Positions 9,121 through 18,632 of a DNA stretch of 63,014 nucleotides are shown piece after piece. The notes under the pieces were generated by a model that saw nothing but the letters and a program-made list of their open reading frames with translations, made no database searches and was not told the DNA's origin. The stretch is taken from the IMG/VR virus record IMGVR_UViG_3300045988_147415; one strand, 5' to 3'. How positions within the stretch are numbered: the stretch's first letter is position 1; each line of letters opens with the position of its first letter. The translations under genes were made by a program, and so were the position numbers. The stretch is from a virus. Its lineage: Duplodnaviria > Heunggongvirae > Uroviricota > Caudoviricetes.

Positions 9121-9442
9121 TTTCTATCTCCGGTTCCGCGCTTGCGTAATCACGGATCTTGTTCCTTAGCCATGCCACATCAGGAAGAGTTAACGTGGTC
9201 CCTGCGGGCATTTCTTCCATTTCTGACTCATGGCCCACCAGCACCCGGAATACCCAGCGCAAATCTGCATTGCCATACGCCCTGTAGGCTGCAAGGTCTG
9301 AACGATATACTTCATCAATCTTTATCGTGTACTGGAAATTATCAGAGTGATACTCCGATACCCGCTTAATCATTTCCTGGTGAAACAGCGCACGAAAAAT
9401 ATCGTCTTCAATGTACCTATCGTCGAGTCTGCTATAGCCCAT
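9113..9442 (-). CDS. hypothetical protein
   Basis: 109-aa ORF overlapping the start of the SWIM gene by 8 nt. Confidence 0.45.
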   Translation of the reverse strand: MGYSRLDDRYIEDDIFRALFHQEMIKRVSEYHSDNFQYTIKIDEVYRSDLAAYRAYGNADLRWVFRVLVGHESEMEEMPAGTTLTLPDVAWLRNKIRDYASAEPEIENA

Positions 9443-9635
9443 AACAAAGCCTCTCAGTCATAACCTGGGGGAAACTGTATGCAGGGTGTGAAATGCGAGA
9501 AACAGACAGGCCACCAGTTCAGGGGGATGGGGTTCATAAATCCCCTCACTGGTGACAAGTGACTTTCATTAATCTTTATGCGGGGGCCAGCTTCATTTGC
9601 TGGCATTAGATTAAAAATCAAACGGAGTAAATGAC

Positions 9636-9770
9636 ATGGATGTTATCTTCGAATTATTAATGCTAATTGATCTGTTTATGAACGCTTCATTGACCACTCA
9701 AATACTCGCGTCAATATTTTTGTTACTCTTCTACCTGGTATTGAGGGAGTTAACAAAGCTACTAATGTGA
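9636..9770 (+). CDS. possible small hydrophobic peptide (44 aa)
   Basis: ATG with GGAG about 11 nt upstream; MDVIFELLMLIDLFMNASLTTQILASIFLLLFYLVLRELTKLLM; convergent with the next gene; not in the ORF track because under 60 aa. Confidence 0.25.
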   Translation: MDVIFELLMLIDLFMNASLTTQILASIFLLLFYLVLRELTKLLM

Positions 9771-10424
9771 TCAAAGTATCACGGTATCTTCATCAACTTC
9801 TTTCCCAGCCAGTGACTTTGGCTGGGAGGTGCCTGCTTTAACTTTTTCATGCCCAATAATGGACAGGAACGAAGCGAGTATGCCTGTTTTTTGTTCTTTC
9901 TCGACTGTACCGGTCATCTGCTCTACGTAATCCGCACTGGCAACGTTGTGGTATACGGTCGCGTAGCAACACAGGATCATAATAATATGTTCCGGCCTGA
10001 TGTCCTGCCAGTTCACCCGGTAGACTTCTTCTCCGTTACCGTTGTATTCGGTGTCAACGATGGAGTCGGGGATTTCGAAAGCACCTTTGTTATTTTGCGG
10101 CAGGGATAATAGCTTCTGGAGTTTTAGCTCTCTGTATCTTTCCATCCCGACGATGATTGCTGCTCTGCCATCGGCATGACGGGTCTTGAGAGTCACCTGG
10201 CTTGCTCCGGTGCCAGCGGAGATCGTTGGCGTAATTTCGTCTACTAGAACCTTAAATTTGCTTTTCCGCAGGGCTGCTATAGCTGGAGGAATTTTTTGCT
10301 TTTGCTCCAATGCTGACGCGGGAAGGGGTTTTACTTCGTTAATAATGAGAGCACCGTCTTTCAGTATTGCAGTGAGCATTTGAGGCTTGCTGGTGGTCAG
10401 GCTGAATATTGCGATCTTTTCCAT
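9771..10424 (-). CDS. hypothetical protein
   Basis: Start set at internal MEKIAIF with GGAGGA RBS; the longer ORF would read through a terminator hairpin. Confidence 0.5.
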   Translation of the reverse strand: MEKIAIFSLTTSKPQMLTAILKDGALIINEVKPLPASALEQKQKIPPAIAALRKSKFKVLVDEITPTISAGTGASQVTLKTRHADGRAAIIVGMERYRELKLQKLLSLPQNNKGAFEIPDSIVDTEYNGNGEEVYRVNWQDIRPEHIIMILCCYATVYHNVASADYVEQMTGTVEKEQKTGILASFLSIIGHEKVKAGTSQPKSLAGKEVDEDTVIL

Positions 10425-10450
10425 TGTCCTTCCTCCACGGATGACGGATA

Positions 10451-10476
10451 CAAAAAAAGGCCGCACATGGCGGCCT
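10451..10476 (-). terminator. Rho-independent terminator on the minus strand with no annotated gene upstream
   Basis: Hairpin AGGCCGC-ACATG-GCGGCCT followed on the minus strand by a 7-nt U tract. Confidence 0.5.
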
Positions 10477-10769
10477 GCTTTGGCGTTATGACTCCCTACC
10501 GCGCTTCGGCTGAAAGTTAATCGTCAAAAGAACCTTCAACGGGAGCCGTTAGCGCGATGGATTATGTGCAGTTTGTGATTTCCAAAATAGTGTCAACCAC
10601 TTTTTATGGATTTTATTTTTTGACCGAAATTTGGCCTAAATCATGTTGATTTGGCTGATTATTTTTATAACATAAAAGTCATTTTGATTGCATGAAGGAC
10701 GGTGCAGTGAAGTTAAGGGTTTTAGGGACCGCGCTCGCGGCTAAGATGGTAAAGTATGGAGTTAATGAA

Positions 10770-11591
10770 ATGTTTTTTATAAAAAATGGAAAAAGATGTT
10801 CCTCAACAATACTTGCTACTGTTGTTGCTCTCTCTGTTCCCACATTTGCCTTTGCTTATGATTTTAGCAAAATTGACTGCAATGCCCCTAAAACCAGACA
10901 GATGTTAATCGATGATTATAATGAACTGCTGAAGGACGATCAGGAAGCAATCTCTGTAATTGATGCTTATAATCAGATCAATGAGATAAGAGAAAAAAAT
11001 AAGCTCCAATGCCTGGGAACGTATGAATTCTCAGATGGAAGTGCGCTTAGGGTTAGATATAAGTTATATTTAAATAGCCTCGGCACACCCATATATGAAT
11101 TTTCTCCAGTTGAGGAATTAACGCAAGATGACGTAAGCGCATCTATCCAAAATATCCCTGCAACCACAGCGAGTAAGGCTGGAGGGAATGAAGAAACGTA
11201 CTCCTGTAAAGTGGCTGTAACCTACAATGGAAAGCGCTCTAACTATATGGGGGATACCGGAGTCTGGGATCGTGTGATTACTGACTATGGCACTTATTTC
11301 TCCTGGGATTTGCCGCGCGGAAATCGAGGCAATAGTACAGGCCAGGATGCTTTTAGTGGCATGGACGAATTAAAGCCAGCATTAGAAAATAAGCTGGTGA
11401 GAAAGGAAGTCGAAAAAGATGGTAGCGTGGTTGATGAATTTAGGACTGATGTAAGTTATGGGGAAAAACAACCAGTTCATAAGTTTGTATATGCTCGTAG
11501 AATAAAACCTACAGGCATGAGAGAGTATTATGTTACGGATTTAACAGACAAGCGGGCGTTTATGTTTCTGAATTGTCAGAGAGATTCGTGA
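10770..11591 (+). CDS. AT-rich cargo gene: secreted protein of unknown function
   Basis: Signal-peptide-like N-terminus (KRCSSTILATVVALSVPTFAFA); low GC relative to flanks; start at internal ATG with GGAG RBS. Confidence 0.55.
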   Translation: MFFIKNGKRCSSTILATVVALSVPTFAFAYDFSKIDCNAPKTRQMLIDDYNELLKDDQEAISVIDAYNQINEIREKNKLQCLGTYEFSDGSALRVRYKLYLNSLGTPIYEFSPVEELTQDDVSASIQNIPATTASKAGGNEETYSCKVAVTYNGKRSNYMGDTGVWDRVITDYGTYFSWDLPRGNRGNSTGQDAFSGMDELKPALENKLVRKEVEKDGSVVDEFRTDVSYGEKQPVHKFVYARRIKPTGMREYYVTDLTDKRAFMFLNCQRDS

Positions 11592-11630
11592 TTGACATAG
11601 CAGGCTTACTATTAAGCCTGCTTTTTGGCT

Positions 11631-11990
11631 TTACTCGGTAATAGTTTTGCAGTTGTTTTGATTTAATGACAATCCTAGCTTGCTAGCAGCCAACTCATTT
11701 TCTGTGTGAGAACCAGCAAAAATGAAGCCTTGTTTTATCTTATTTACGGTGAAATATTTATTATACATGAACGCCCAGATAAATGAGGCAATCCACGGGC
11801 CAATTCCGGCTGTGAGGAATGCCAGTATCAGCATCACTACAAATACCCCAATAAAAGTTATAAAGTCTTTCCTGAACAAAGCTGGAAAAGCACCAAACAA
11901 GAATGTAGTCCAGGAAAAACCATAAAAACCGGTGATTGATTCGCCAGTTTGAGGGTTTTCAAGTTTAATTTTAGTAGCCACGATTATCAT
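11631..11990 (-). CDS. AT-rich cargo gene: small inner-membrane protein
   Basis: 119 aa with two or three hydrophobic helices; low GC. Confidence 0.5.
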   Translation of the reverse strand: MIIVATKIKLENPQTGESITGFYGFSWTTFLFGAFPALFRKDFITFIGVFVVMLILAFLTAGIGPWIASFIWAFMYNKYFTVNKIKQGFIFAGSHTENELAASKLGLSLNQNNCKTITE

Positions 11991-12126
11991 CCTTTTACAT
12001 AAAAAACATATAGTTATAGTGCTGTGTGAGATTCTAATGTTACTAATTTACACTTTGTAATGCAATTAAATAACTTTAGGCAGTGGAAGTAACTATTCGT
12101 GGCAGACTATCGTTAAGACCTTTCAA

Positions 12127-12411
12127 TTATGGTTGCTGTAAGTGGAGGGGAACAGCCTGTTCTATCATCTCGCGTATCAAGCCAACTTCAAGTAGTTCCT
12201 CGGATTCCCAGTATCTGTTTGTCACCAGATCCAGGCTGGCTATGACCTTGTGCCGGTCATTCGGCATAGCCAATTTTTCTGCTATAACCATCAGTGAAAA
12301 CTCTTCATCCAGTAGAATTTGATAGCAGTTTTTTGATAGTTCCACTTCCCTTATGAGACTGAAACGTCGCTGGATTGTGGCAGCAGAGTAAGTGAAATCT
12401 ATTTTCTTCAT
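12127..12411 (-). CDS. hypothetical protein
   Basis: 94-aa ORF just downstream of the antirepressor gene. Confidence 0.4.
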   Translation of the reverse strand: MKKIDFTYSAATIQRRFSLIREVELSKNCYQILLDEEFSLMVIAEKLAMPNDRHKVIASLDLVTNRYWESEELLEVGLIREMIEQAVPLHLQQP

Positions 12412-12470
12412 CGTGCGGAGAATCCGGTTATTTAGTAGTTAAAGCCCCGGACAGGCCGGGGCAACAGTAA

Positions 12471-13412
12471 TTAACTAACAATCCAGTCCGTAGCAACAAC
12501 ATCCTCTGGAGCTAAATCAATCGCATGGATTTTCCCATCCCGGATGGTGCGCCAGTGCTTTCGTGATCCACCTTCGGGCCATACCCATACACCTTCAGGC
12601 CAGGATGCTCGACGGCATACGATTGCATACCCTGTTTTAATCCTCTCTCTCGCGGTATGCAACGACAGGTTTGCCTTTGGACTTTCAGGTACAGGATGGT
12701 GAATGGCCTGAAACAGCCCCATTTTGGGGTGATACCAGCGTTTATTACGTGGTTCTGCCTCCGACATCACCTGCTTAAAGGCTTTCCGGAAGGGGGCCAG
12801 GGCCACAATGGAGCGTCGCGCAAGCAAACCATCTGGAGTTAAAAACTCATGCGTATCGGTGGGAATCCGGAAAGCGTTGACCAGGTTGCGACATTTGGCT
12901 TCAGTCAGGCCACATTTCGCCGCCAGCTGGCGGTAGCCAATGTAGCCTTCCGGAATATTGCCTTTCTTGATTTGCTCGACGGTTTCAGCGACTTCGGACA
13001 CTTGTGCCGATACTTCGGCTACCTGGGCATTAACGGCGTTGATCCGGCGTTCATGCTCAAGATGCATTTGCGCCATTTCAGCCAGGATTTCGGCTTTTGA
13101 TTTTAACTGTACCCGGGCATTCTCCAGTTCGCGCCAGCGGTCCACCAGCCGGGCGGTAAATTCGGGAGAAAGCTGTGCGACGACAATGATACTGTCACGC
13201 TTGCCTTGTTCGCCTTCAAAGATGTAAGCCTTGGAAAATCGACGAGGGCCAACTGATTGTTTATTTTCAATTTCCTCAATTTGAGGAAATTGAATGACAC
13301 CACCTTTAGTTAATACTTCAATGGTACGCTTCACATTATCATGACGCTTACCTACCAGTTCCGCGATCTCAATACTGGTCATTGTCGCTTTTTGAGAGAT
13401 GGACAGATTCAT
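12471..13412 (-). CDS. ant: phage antirepressor (N-terminal Rha-type domain, C-terminal Ant domain), immI-like copy 1
   Basis: TSIEIAELVGKRHDNVKR Rha-type N-terminus; 313 aa; paralog of the 51842..52549 gene; preceded by an icd-like ORF as in P1 immI. Confidence 0.75.
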   Translation of the reverse strand: MNLSISQKATMTSIEIAELVGKRHDNVKRTIEVLTKGGVIQFPQIEEIENKQSVGPRRFSKAYIFEGEQGKRDSIIVVAQLSPEFTARLVDRWRELENARVQLKSKAEILAEMAQMHLEHERRINAVNAQVAEVSAQVSEVAETVEQIKKGNIPEGYIGYRQLAAKCGLTEAKCRNLVNAFRIPTDTHEFLTPDGLLARRSIVALAPFRKAFKQVMSEAEPRNKRWYHPKMGLFQAIHHPVPESPKANLSLHTARERIKTGYAIVCRRASWPEGVWVWPEGGSRKHWRTIRDGKIHAIDLAPEDVVATDWIVS

Positions 13413-13627
13413 CAGTGCACCTCCACGCAGTTCATCGGCAGATTCCAGTAATTGAGGATCTCCATCGCATCAAGAGTGAAGCGAGCAGCAAAAATGCAGG
13501 GTTCTTCGGGAAGGTATGAGCGCGCTTCTGCTTCGGTAGCAGCCATGACGCAGATATAGAGGTGTTTTTGGCAGGAATAGAAACGCCAGATAAATTCAGA
13601 ATGAGTTGGGGTAGGGGTAGTAGCCAT
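13412..13627 (-). CDS. icd: Icd-like small protein (host cell division inhibitor-like), immI copy 1
   Basis: 71 aa; EFIWRF...ATE.EARS motif shared with the paralog at 52549..52773; AAGGAGG RBS; translationally coupled to ant. Confidence 0.5.
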   Translation of the reverse strand: MATTPTPTHSEFIWRFYSCQKHLYICVMAATEAEARSYLPEEPCIFAARFTLDAMEILNYWNLPMNCVEVH

Positions 13628-13689
13628 AATGGCAGCCTCCTTTTGCTAATTTAAGGAGCTACCGCGTGAGGTTCCAATCTCAATGGCGG

Positions 13690-13790
13690 TAGCACTGACT
13701 GGGTTGGAACTACCGGCGCAAAAGGGAACCGGCCTGCCTTTCGGCAGCCCAGCCAGCACTACCATTGATCTCTGAGCTAAACGCTACGTA
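13690..13790 (-). ncRNA. candidate c4-like antisense regulatory RNA (tRNA-like features), immI copy 1
   Basis: Minus-strand transcript carries GUUCCAAC complementary to GAUUGGAACC sites both upstream and about 42 nt before the icd start; a UAGCUCAG...GGUAG D-arm-like segment suggests RNase P-type processing; boundaries approximate. Confidence 0.3.
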
Positions 13791-13811
13791 TGGCTGTGCG
13801 ATGGCATGACA

Positions 13812-13835
13812 CAAAAAAAGACGCTTTCGGCGTCT
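13812..13835 (-). terminator. Rho-independent terminator upstream of the c4-like region
   Basis: Hairpin AGACGC-TTTCG-GCGTCT followed on the minus strand by UUUUUU. Confidence 0.5.
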
Positions 13836-13940
13836 GTGTCGCCTTTTGCATTATCCGGGGTTCCAATCCCGGCACCCGTTTTTCTAAGGTGCCGTAGAAA
13901 TATACCCCACGATAATGCCAGGGCGCAACAGTCAGTATTT

Positions 13941-14109
13941 TATGCTTTGGCGGATTTCTTCCGGGCTTGCTTGCAGGCGTAGGCCATTGCTTTAGCTTTC
14001 ACTTCATCCAGCTTCCCGGTGATCACTTCTTTTCCGAGAGTGACAAACCAGTCATAGCAACCGCCAGTAATGTTCTTGATTTGAAAGTTGAGGTAGCGAA
14101 CCGTCATTT
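13941..14109 (-). CDS. possible small protein (55 aa)
   Basis: ATG preceded by GGGGGTG RBS; MTVRYLNFQIKNITGG...; under the ORF-track length cutoff. Confidence 0.3.
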
Positions 14110-14426
14110 TGACACCCCCAGCGCGAGTAAAGAATGCAGATTATCGCGTGAGTGGTGGACGAAGAGTGATGGTAAAAGACTGTAGTTGTTCATAGTGTAG
14201 TGACTCCTTGCTTTCGGAGCCGCCATTGACTGTTCCACGGTCTGGTGGCGGCGCAATAAAGGCTGGAACACCGTGAGTCAACGGGGGCTTTTCAGCCACC
14301 TATATTGCACCGCCATAGGTATAGCGGCGGCAATAATACGAAAAACTAAACAGTTTGTCTCAAAAAGTTGACCGGTGTGCCAATCGGTAGTGAATGTACA
14401 TCGGGGAAATTTACAATTCAACTTAA

Positions 14427-14450
14427 AATGTTAGAAAACTAATTTATCAA
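14427..14450 (-). promoter_or_regulatory. operator-like motif (TTGATAAATTAGTTTTCTAACATTT on minus strand)
   Basis: Instance of the recurrent TTTCTAACA motif, overlapping the 3' end of the ref-like gene. Confidence 0.35.
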
Positions 14451-15017
14451 TTCAATCGCCATCTGATACAACGCCATTTCATCGGCATTGTGCCGTATGA
14501 AATCTGCTTTTCCGCCTATTTTTCCATCAGCATGAACAGGGACCAGCCAGGGATATTGTTCTCGGACCTCGGCTGGCGCTGCGTACTGGTGGTGCCATTT
14601 ACACAAAGGGAGGACATATTTATGCGCGTTCTCTGCCGTTCTCCCGAAGATATGGTGCAGGGATACTACTGGGCTATGTTGCCCGTGAATATGGCAGGCA
14701 ATGCAGGGGAGAGTACCGATAGCGGTCTGTATCCGGCGTTCATCGGCTGTGAGTGATCTGCCCTTCAGGCCGCGTGACGTGCGTGTTTTTTTGGGCGGAG
14801 CGGATACAGCTTTATCTTTTCTCCGCTGTTCATATTGCTTTGCTTTTTCAATTTTCTTTTGCCGATATTCAGGCGATGCGGCTTTTTCTCTCGCTCGCTG
14901 CTGCTGGCGTTGAGCTTGTTGAAGGCGCTTTGCCCTTTGTTCCTCTCGCCAGGCCGGGTCAGCCAATTTTTGCATGGCTTTTTGTCTCTGTTTCTCCCAA
15001 TAACTCTGTTTCTGCAT
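14439..15017 (-). CDS. ref: Ref-like HNH-family nuclease with a highly basic disordered N-terminus
   Basis: About 75 aa Lys/Arg/Gln-rich N-terminus then a Cys/His-rich core (CIACHIHG...HHIFGR...LPLCKWHH); size and architecture fit P1 Ref; operator motif in its promoter. Confidence 0.5.
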   Translation of the reverse strand: MQKQSYWEKQRQKAMQKLADPAWREEQRAKRLQQAQRQQQRAREKAASPEYRQKKIEKAKQYEQRRKDKAVSAPPKKTRTSRGLKGRSLTADERRIQTAIGTLPCIACHIHGQHSPVVSLHHIFGRTAENAHKYVLPLCKWHHQYAAPAEVREQYPWLVPVHADGKIGGKADFIRHNADEMALYQMAIELIN

Positions 15018-15076
15018 GATGGCAGTCTCTTACTTTTCAACGATTTTTCTATGATTGATCAAAATGGTTAGATATT

Positions 15077-15099
15077 CAAAATTGATTTTCTAACACAAA
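15077..15099 (+). promoter_or_regulatory. operator-like motif AAAATTGATTTTCTAACACAAAA upstream of the ref-like gene
   Basis: Recurrent motif about 60 bp upstream of the ref-like start. Confidence 0.4.
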
Positions 15100-15289
15100 A
15101 CATTAATATCATTCCTGATAACTGTTTGGAGGACATGATGCTTATAGCTTTAAGTGCGATCCACCAGCCATCTGTGAATGAAATTGGCCTGTTCTATGTG
15201 TTGTTTTTCGGGGCGTTGGCGCTACTTGAGCTTGGTATTGAGCTTTTCGCAGTGCTTATGTTTTGCGTCACGATTTTGGGGAAATTTTG

Positions 15290-15901
15290 ATGGTGAAACG
15301 TGTTTTGAAAATTTACATCGCGGGGCCGATGACTGGTTATCCAGATTACAACCGTGCTGCGTTTAATGCGAAAGCGAGCGAGCTGATGGCTGAAGGGCAT
15401 ATCGTTCTGAATCCAGCTGTGTTACCTGGTGGCCTTTGTCAGAGTGAATACATGGATATTTGCCTGGCAATGGTGCGTTCTGCTGATGCGATCTACTTGC
15501 TCAATCGATGGGAGGAATCGATTGGTGCTCGTGCAGAGCACGCGCTGGCTGAAAAGCTGGGGCTGACTGTAATTTATGAGTCACCAACCAACATTGAATG
15601 CCAGGTTGCTCCGCATATTTACCGGGAACTGGTCAATGCACTGCGTGATATCGCTGCTGTATATCACGGTACAGAACAGCTTCGTGAGCGTTTAGCCCAT
15701 ACCATTTCCTATTACCTGTCTTTATCTCATGAGCACAAGCTCCGCCAGAAGGTAATGATCAAATTTATCATGAGGTTATCGAAATCCCTGGCAAACGCCG
15801 ATCCAAAGAATCCATTACCGAAAGAGGCAATGAATTACCTGAAGTCCTGCAACGTTGTTTCTGAAGATGGCGTTCTTTTGGTTAGAAGGAGTTCTGCGTG
15901 A
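15290..15901 (+). CDS. DUF4406-like (nucleoside 2-deoxyribosyltransferase-fold) protein
   Basis: N-terminal KIYIAGPMTGYPDYN...LNPA pattern; start at internal ATG. Confidence 0.45.
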   Translation: MVKRVLKIYIAGPMTGYPDYNRAAFNAKASELMAEGHIVLNPAVLPGGLCQSEYMDICLAMVRSADAIYLLNRWEESIGARAEHALAEKLGLTVIYESPTNIECQVAPHIYRELVNALRDIAAVYHGTEQLRERLAHTISYYLSLSHEHKLRQKVMIKFIMRLSKSLANADPKNPLPKEAMNYLKSCNVVSEDGVLLVRRSSA

Positions 15902-16215
15902 GCTGGCGGGGATGGGGAAGGGCAGAAATCATGATACTCCGCCAGTGCGCCGGAACTATGACGGTCGAGAGTATTGGGAAGCTGATCGGTCGTACCGGTG
16001 ATGCCGTCAGGACTAAAGCGCGGGAGTTGGGGATCAGCATGATTCTGAAAGGAGACTTTCATCCGTCAGCCAAATACCGGCAGAGCGATATAGAACTGGC
16101 ACGGCAGCTTCATCAGTGTGGTGTTCCCCGCCGTGAGATCGCGGAAAAACTCGAAATGCCCCTGGGCATGATTAATCAGTACGTTTATTTCGAAAGGAGA
16201 GTGTATGAAGTCTGA
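15898..16215 (+). CDS. small HTH-type DNA-binding protein
   Basis: GTG start overlapping the upstream stop; C-terminal HTH-like segment (RREIAEKLEMPLGMINQYV). Confidence 0.45.
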   Translation: MSWRGWGRAEIMILRQCAGTMTVESIGKLIGRTGDAVRTKARELGISMILKGDFHPSAKYRQSDIELARQLHQCGVPRREIAEKLEMPLGMINQYVYFERRVYEV

Positions 16216-16693
16216 AGGTTTAACGCCCGCACAACTGGCAGAGCGTAACGCTGAGTATGTAACGGAAATTTCCCGACTTGAGAAAGCGTGTGCTGCGCTG
16301 GCGGCGGAGAATGCTGGGCTGAAACATGCAATGGCTGTAACTCTTGAGCATGTGTCGGTCACGGATGCAGGGCAGGCCGGAGTTGCTGCAATGATTATCA
16401 ACGATGCCCTGCACCACAGCGAAACTCCAGCCACCGATGCTTTTCTGGCTGAAATTCGTGCGACGGCTCGCAACGAGGGGATTAACTATACCGCAAGCCG
16501 TCTTGCTGCTGCTTTCAACCACGGATTTATCAATAAGTCTTTACGTGAAGTTTTCGACGTTACGCGCATGATTCTGTCAGCGAAAGAAGAGTTGGCTAAT
16601 GAACCGCACCCGATTGATGGCCTGTCCGGTGAATATGCGGAGAAATCCCTTGAAGAATGGGCGGAACAGATTCGCAAAGGAGCTGACAAGTGA
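16205..16693 (+). CDS. hypothetical protein (coiled-coil; paralogous C-terminal domain shared with 17109..17894)
   Basis: AALAAENAGLK coiled-coil and shared ...TPATD.FL.E...AR.EG....A.R.LAA...GFI... segment. Confidence 0.45.
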   Translation: MKSEGLTPAQLAERNAEYVTEISRLEKACAALAAENAGLKHAMAVTLEHVSVTDAGQAGVAAMIINDALHHSETPATDAFLAEIRATARNEGINYTASRLAAAFNHGFINKSLREVFDVTRMILSAKEELANEPHPIDGLSGEYAEKSLEEWAEQIRKGADK

Positions 16694-17100
16694 AGAGGAT
16701 GATTTTTGTAGCGGCATTGCTGACCATTACCCAACAGGCGCAGGCTTCAGCAGTTATTGTGGCATCTACCGCCGCGACCACGGCTGCTGTAGCTGCTGCG
16801 AACTCTGCGAATATCGCAAACCAACAGTCACAGCGTGCTGCCAATGCATCAGCCAGTGTTCACCCGATCGCCATTAAGACCGGCAAGAAAAATATAGGTT
16901 TCATAACATGCGGCAAACGTTCTGACGAGGCTGTAGGTTCACTTGGATGTACGGTATATGGGGATAGTGAGAGTAGAGAAATTCCATGGAAAACGTGGCC
17001 CGGATACGTTCTCGGATCGAAGCTCCCTGCCAGCTACGAAGTAAATGCCGTATCGTTTGATCACTATAACGGCGTGGCAACTGTCTATTTTACATACTGA
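16690..17100 (+). CDS. secreted protein of unknown function
   Basis: Signal peptide MKRMIFVAALLTITQQAQA; Ala-rich low-complexity region; translationally coupled. Confidence 0.45.
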   Translation: MKRMIFVAALLTITQQAQASAVIVASTAATTAAVAAANSANIANQQSQRAANASASVHPIAIKTGKKNIGFITCGKRSDEAVGSLGCTVYGDSESREIPWKTWPGYVLGSKLPASYEVNAVSFDHYNGVATVYFTY

Positions 17101-17108
17101 GGCTCCGC

Positions 17109-17894
17109 ATGAAATTCTCCAAATTTTCTGAGTTGGTGAATCGTATTTTGTCCAACAACCACAGCCATCGTCGCGATATGGATGTAACGATCGTTGTTCA
17201 TTCGCCTGGCAGCATTGGTTCAACACCCTCAGTTGAGGTTCAGTCAATTCACGCTGGTTTTGATTGGGATTCCGGGAAAGTGCTGATTTTCCCTGCACAG
17301 CCACTGACTACGCTAACACCAGAACAGATTACTGATATTACTGATAGTGTGCGCAAAGGTCAGTCCTGGCACGCATATCAGGAATACAAGAAGCATAAAG
17401 AGCAGTTGGAAAAATTATCGATTGAACTTGATACCGCAAAACAGCGCATTGCAGAGCTGGAGGGTAATCGCGCGGCGCTGGCTGCGGAGAATGCGAGACT
17501 GAAGGCGATATGTGAGGATCGCCGCACGTTCATTATGAATGGCGTGCAGCTTGGTTTTATCAAGGTGCCAACAGTGGAAATAGATCCAGCTCTTGAAACA
17601 ATTCGTATCGCCCTATCACCACAAAAAACCACTCCTGCGACCGACACTTTCCTGGATGAAGTGAAGACTGAAGCACGCAAGGAGGGCGCTTACTTTGTGG
17701 CGAACAGGATGCTGGCTGCTTGGGAAGCTGGTTTTATTGATGATACTGCGAAGAACGCCGCGGATATTGCCCGGATGATTCTTACCTCTACTGAGTTTAT
17801 GGCTAATGCGCGGGAAGGCGATTTTGACCGCTCATTCTCTGATGGGGTTCTCGAAGATATCGCCGAACAGCTTAGAAAAGGAGGTAAACAGTGA
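17109..17894 (+). CDS. hypothetical protein (coiled-coil; paralog of 16205..16693)
   Basis: Shares the AALAAENARLK coiled-coil and C-terminal domain with 16205..16693. Confidence 0.45.
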   Translation: MKFSKFSELVNRILSNNHSHRRDMDVTIVVHSPGSIGSTPSVEVQSIHAGFDWDSGKVLIFPAQPLTTLTPEQITDITDSVRKGQSWHAYQEYKKHKEQLEKLSIELDTAKQRIAELEGNRAALAAENARLKAICEDRRTFIMNGVQLGFIKVPTVEIDPALETIRIALSPQKTTPATDTFLDEVKTEARKEGAYFVANRMLAAWEAGFIDDTAKNAADIARMILTSTEFMANAREGDFDRSFSDGVLEDIAEQLRKGGKQ

Positions 17895-18139
17895 GTAATA
17901 CCGCACGACTACAGCTTGGTTTTTCACCGCTATCAAAAACCATCGTGTTGGCAAAAATGCGTGACTTAGGGGATGGAACAAAACGTCGTGTCGGCAATGA
18001 TCGCGGTCGTGATGTAACCAACGAGGCCGCACAACTCGTTTGGCATCTAGTCATGGCTGAAGGCGGTGAAATTAATTGGGAGCTGGATGATGGTTCTCGC
18101 ATGGTATTGAAGGCAGAAAAGCAGGAGCCACCACAGTGA
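17891..18139 (+). CDS. hypothetical small protein
   Basis: 4-nt overlap with the upstream stop (translational coupling). Confidence 0.4.
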   Translation: MSNTARLQLGFSPLSKTIVLAKMRDLGDGTKRRVGNDRGRDVTNEAAQLVWHLVMAEGGEINWELDDGSRMVLKAEKQEPPQ

Positions 18140-18411
18140 ATATCGACACCACGATAACAATCGATACGGCCCTAAATACCGGTCTGGCACTTTTCGGTTG
18201 GCTTTACATCATGTCCCGTACCTGGCGATGGCTGGGTTCCATTTTCCTAAAAGAGTGGAAAAAACGGCGCAAACAGGAACTACGCCAGAAGGCATTAGAA
18301 GCGTTCTATGACGCATTTGAGCTTAGCCGCATTGAACCAGGCACAACAGCCAGAATAGCGACAAAAGGCGACCTGATGATAGTGATGTTCAGACAGGAGA
18401 AAACCAAATGA
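18136..18411 (+). CDS. hypothetical small membrane protein
   Basis: Coupled ORF; one hydrophobic helix (LALFGWLYIM). Confidence 0.4.
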   Translation: MNIDTTITIDTALNTGLALFGWLYIMSRTWRWLGSIFLKEWKKRRKQELRQKALEAFYDAFELSRIEPGTTARIATKGDLMIVMFRQEKTK

Positions 18412-18632
18412 CAGAACAGACGATGACAAATCGCGAACTTGTTGATGCCGCGATTGAACTTGCTGGCGATTTTTATTCCATGATGGGTTACGAGCATCGA
18501 CCTGGTTTTAAGTATTGGGAGTCACCGCATCCGCAAGAACAACAGGTGTTTGAAATGGCCTGCCGTGCTTTTGAGGTTATTCGCGGTTCTGATGTGATGG
18601 AGGCCGTTGCCGACTTGGAGGATGAAGAGTGA
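18408..18632 (+). CDS. hypothetical small protein
   Basis: Coupled ORF in the same chain. Confidence 0.4.
   Translation: MTEQTMTNRELVDAAIELAGDFYSMMGYEHRPGFKYWESPHPQEQQVFEMACRAFEVIRGSDVMEAVADLEDEE

Noticed and set aside
9849-10109. 86-aa plus-strand ORF
   Set aside because: Antisense inside 9771..10424
16066-16877. Minus-strand ORFs of 82-135 aa and a plus-strand 92-aa ORF
   Set aside because: Overlap the coupled plus-strand gene chain; Ala/Cys-rich shadow frames
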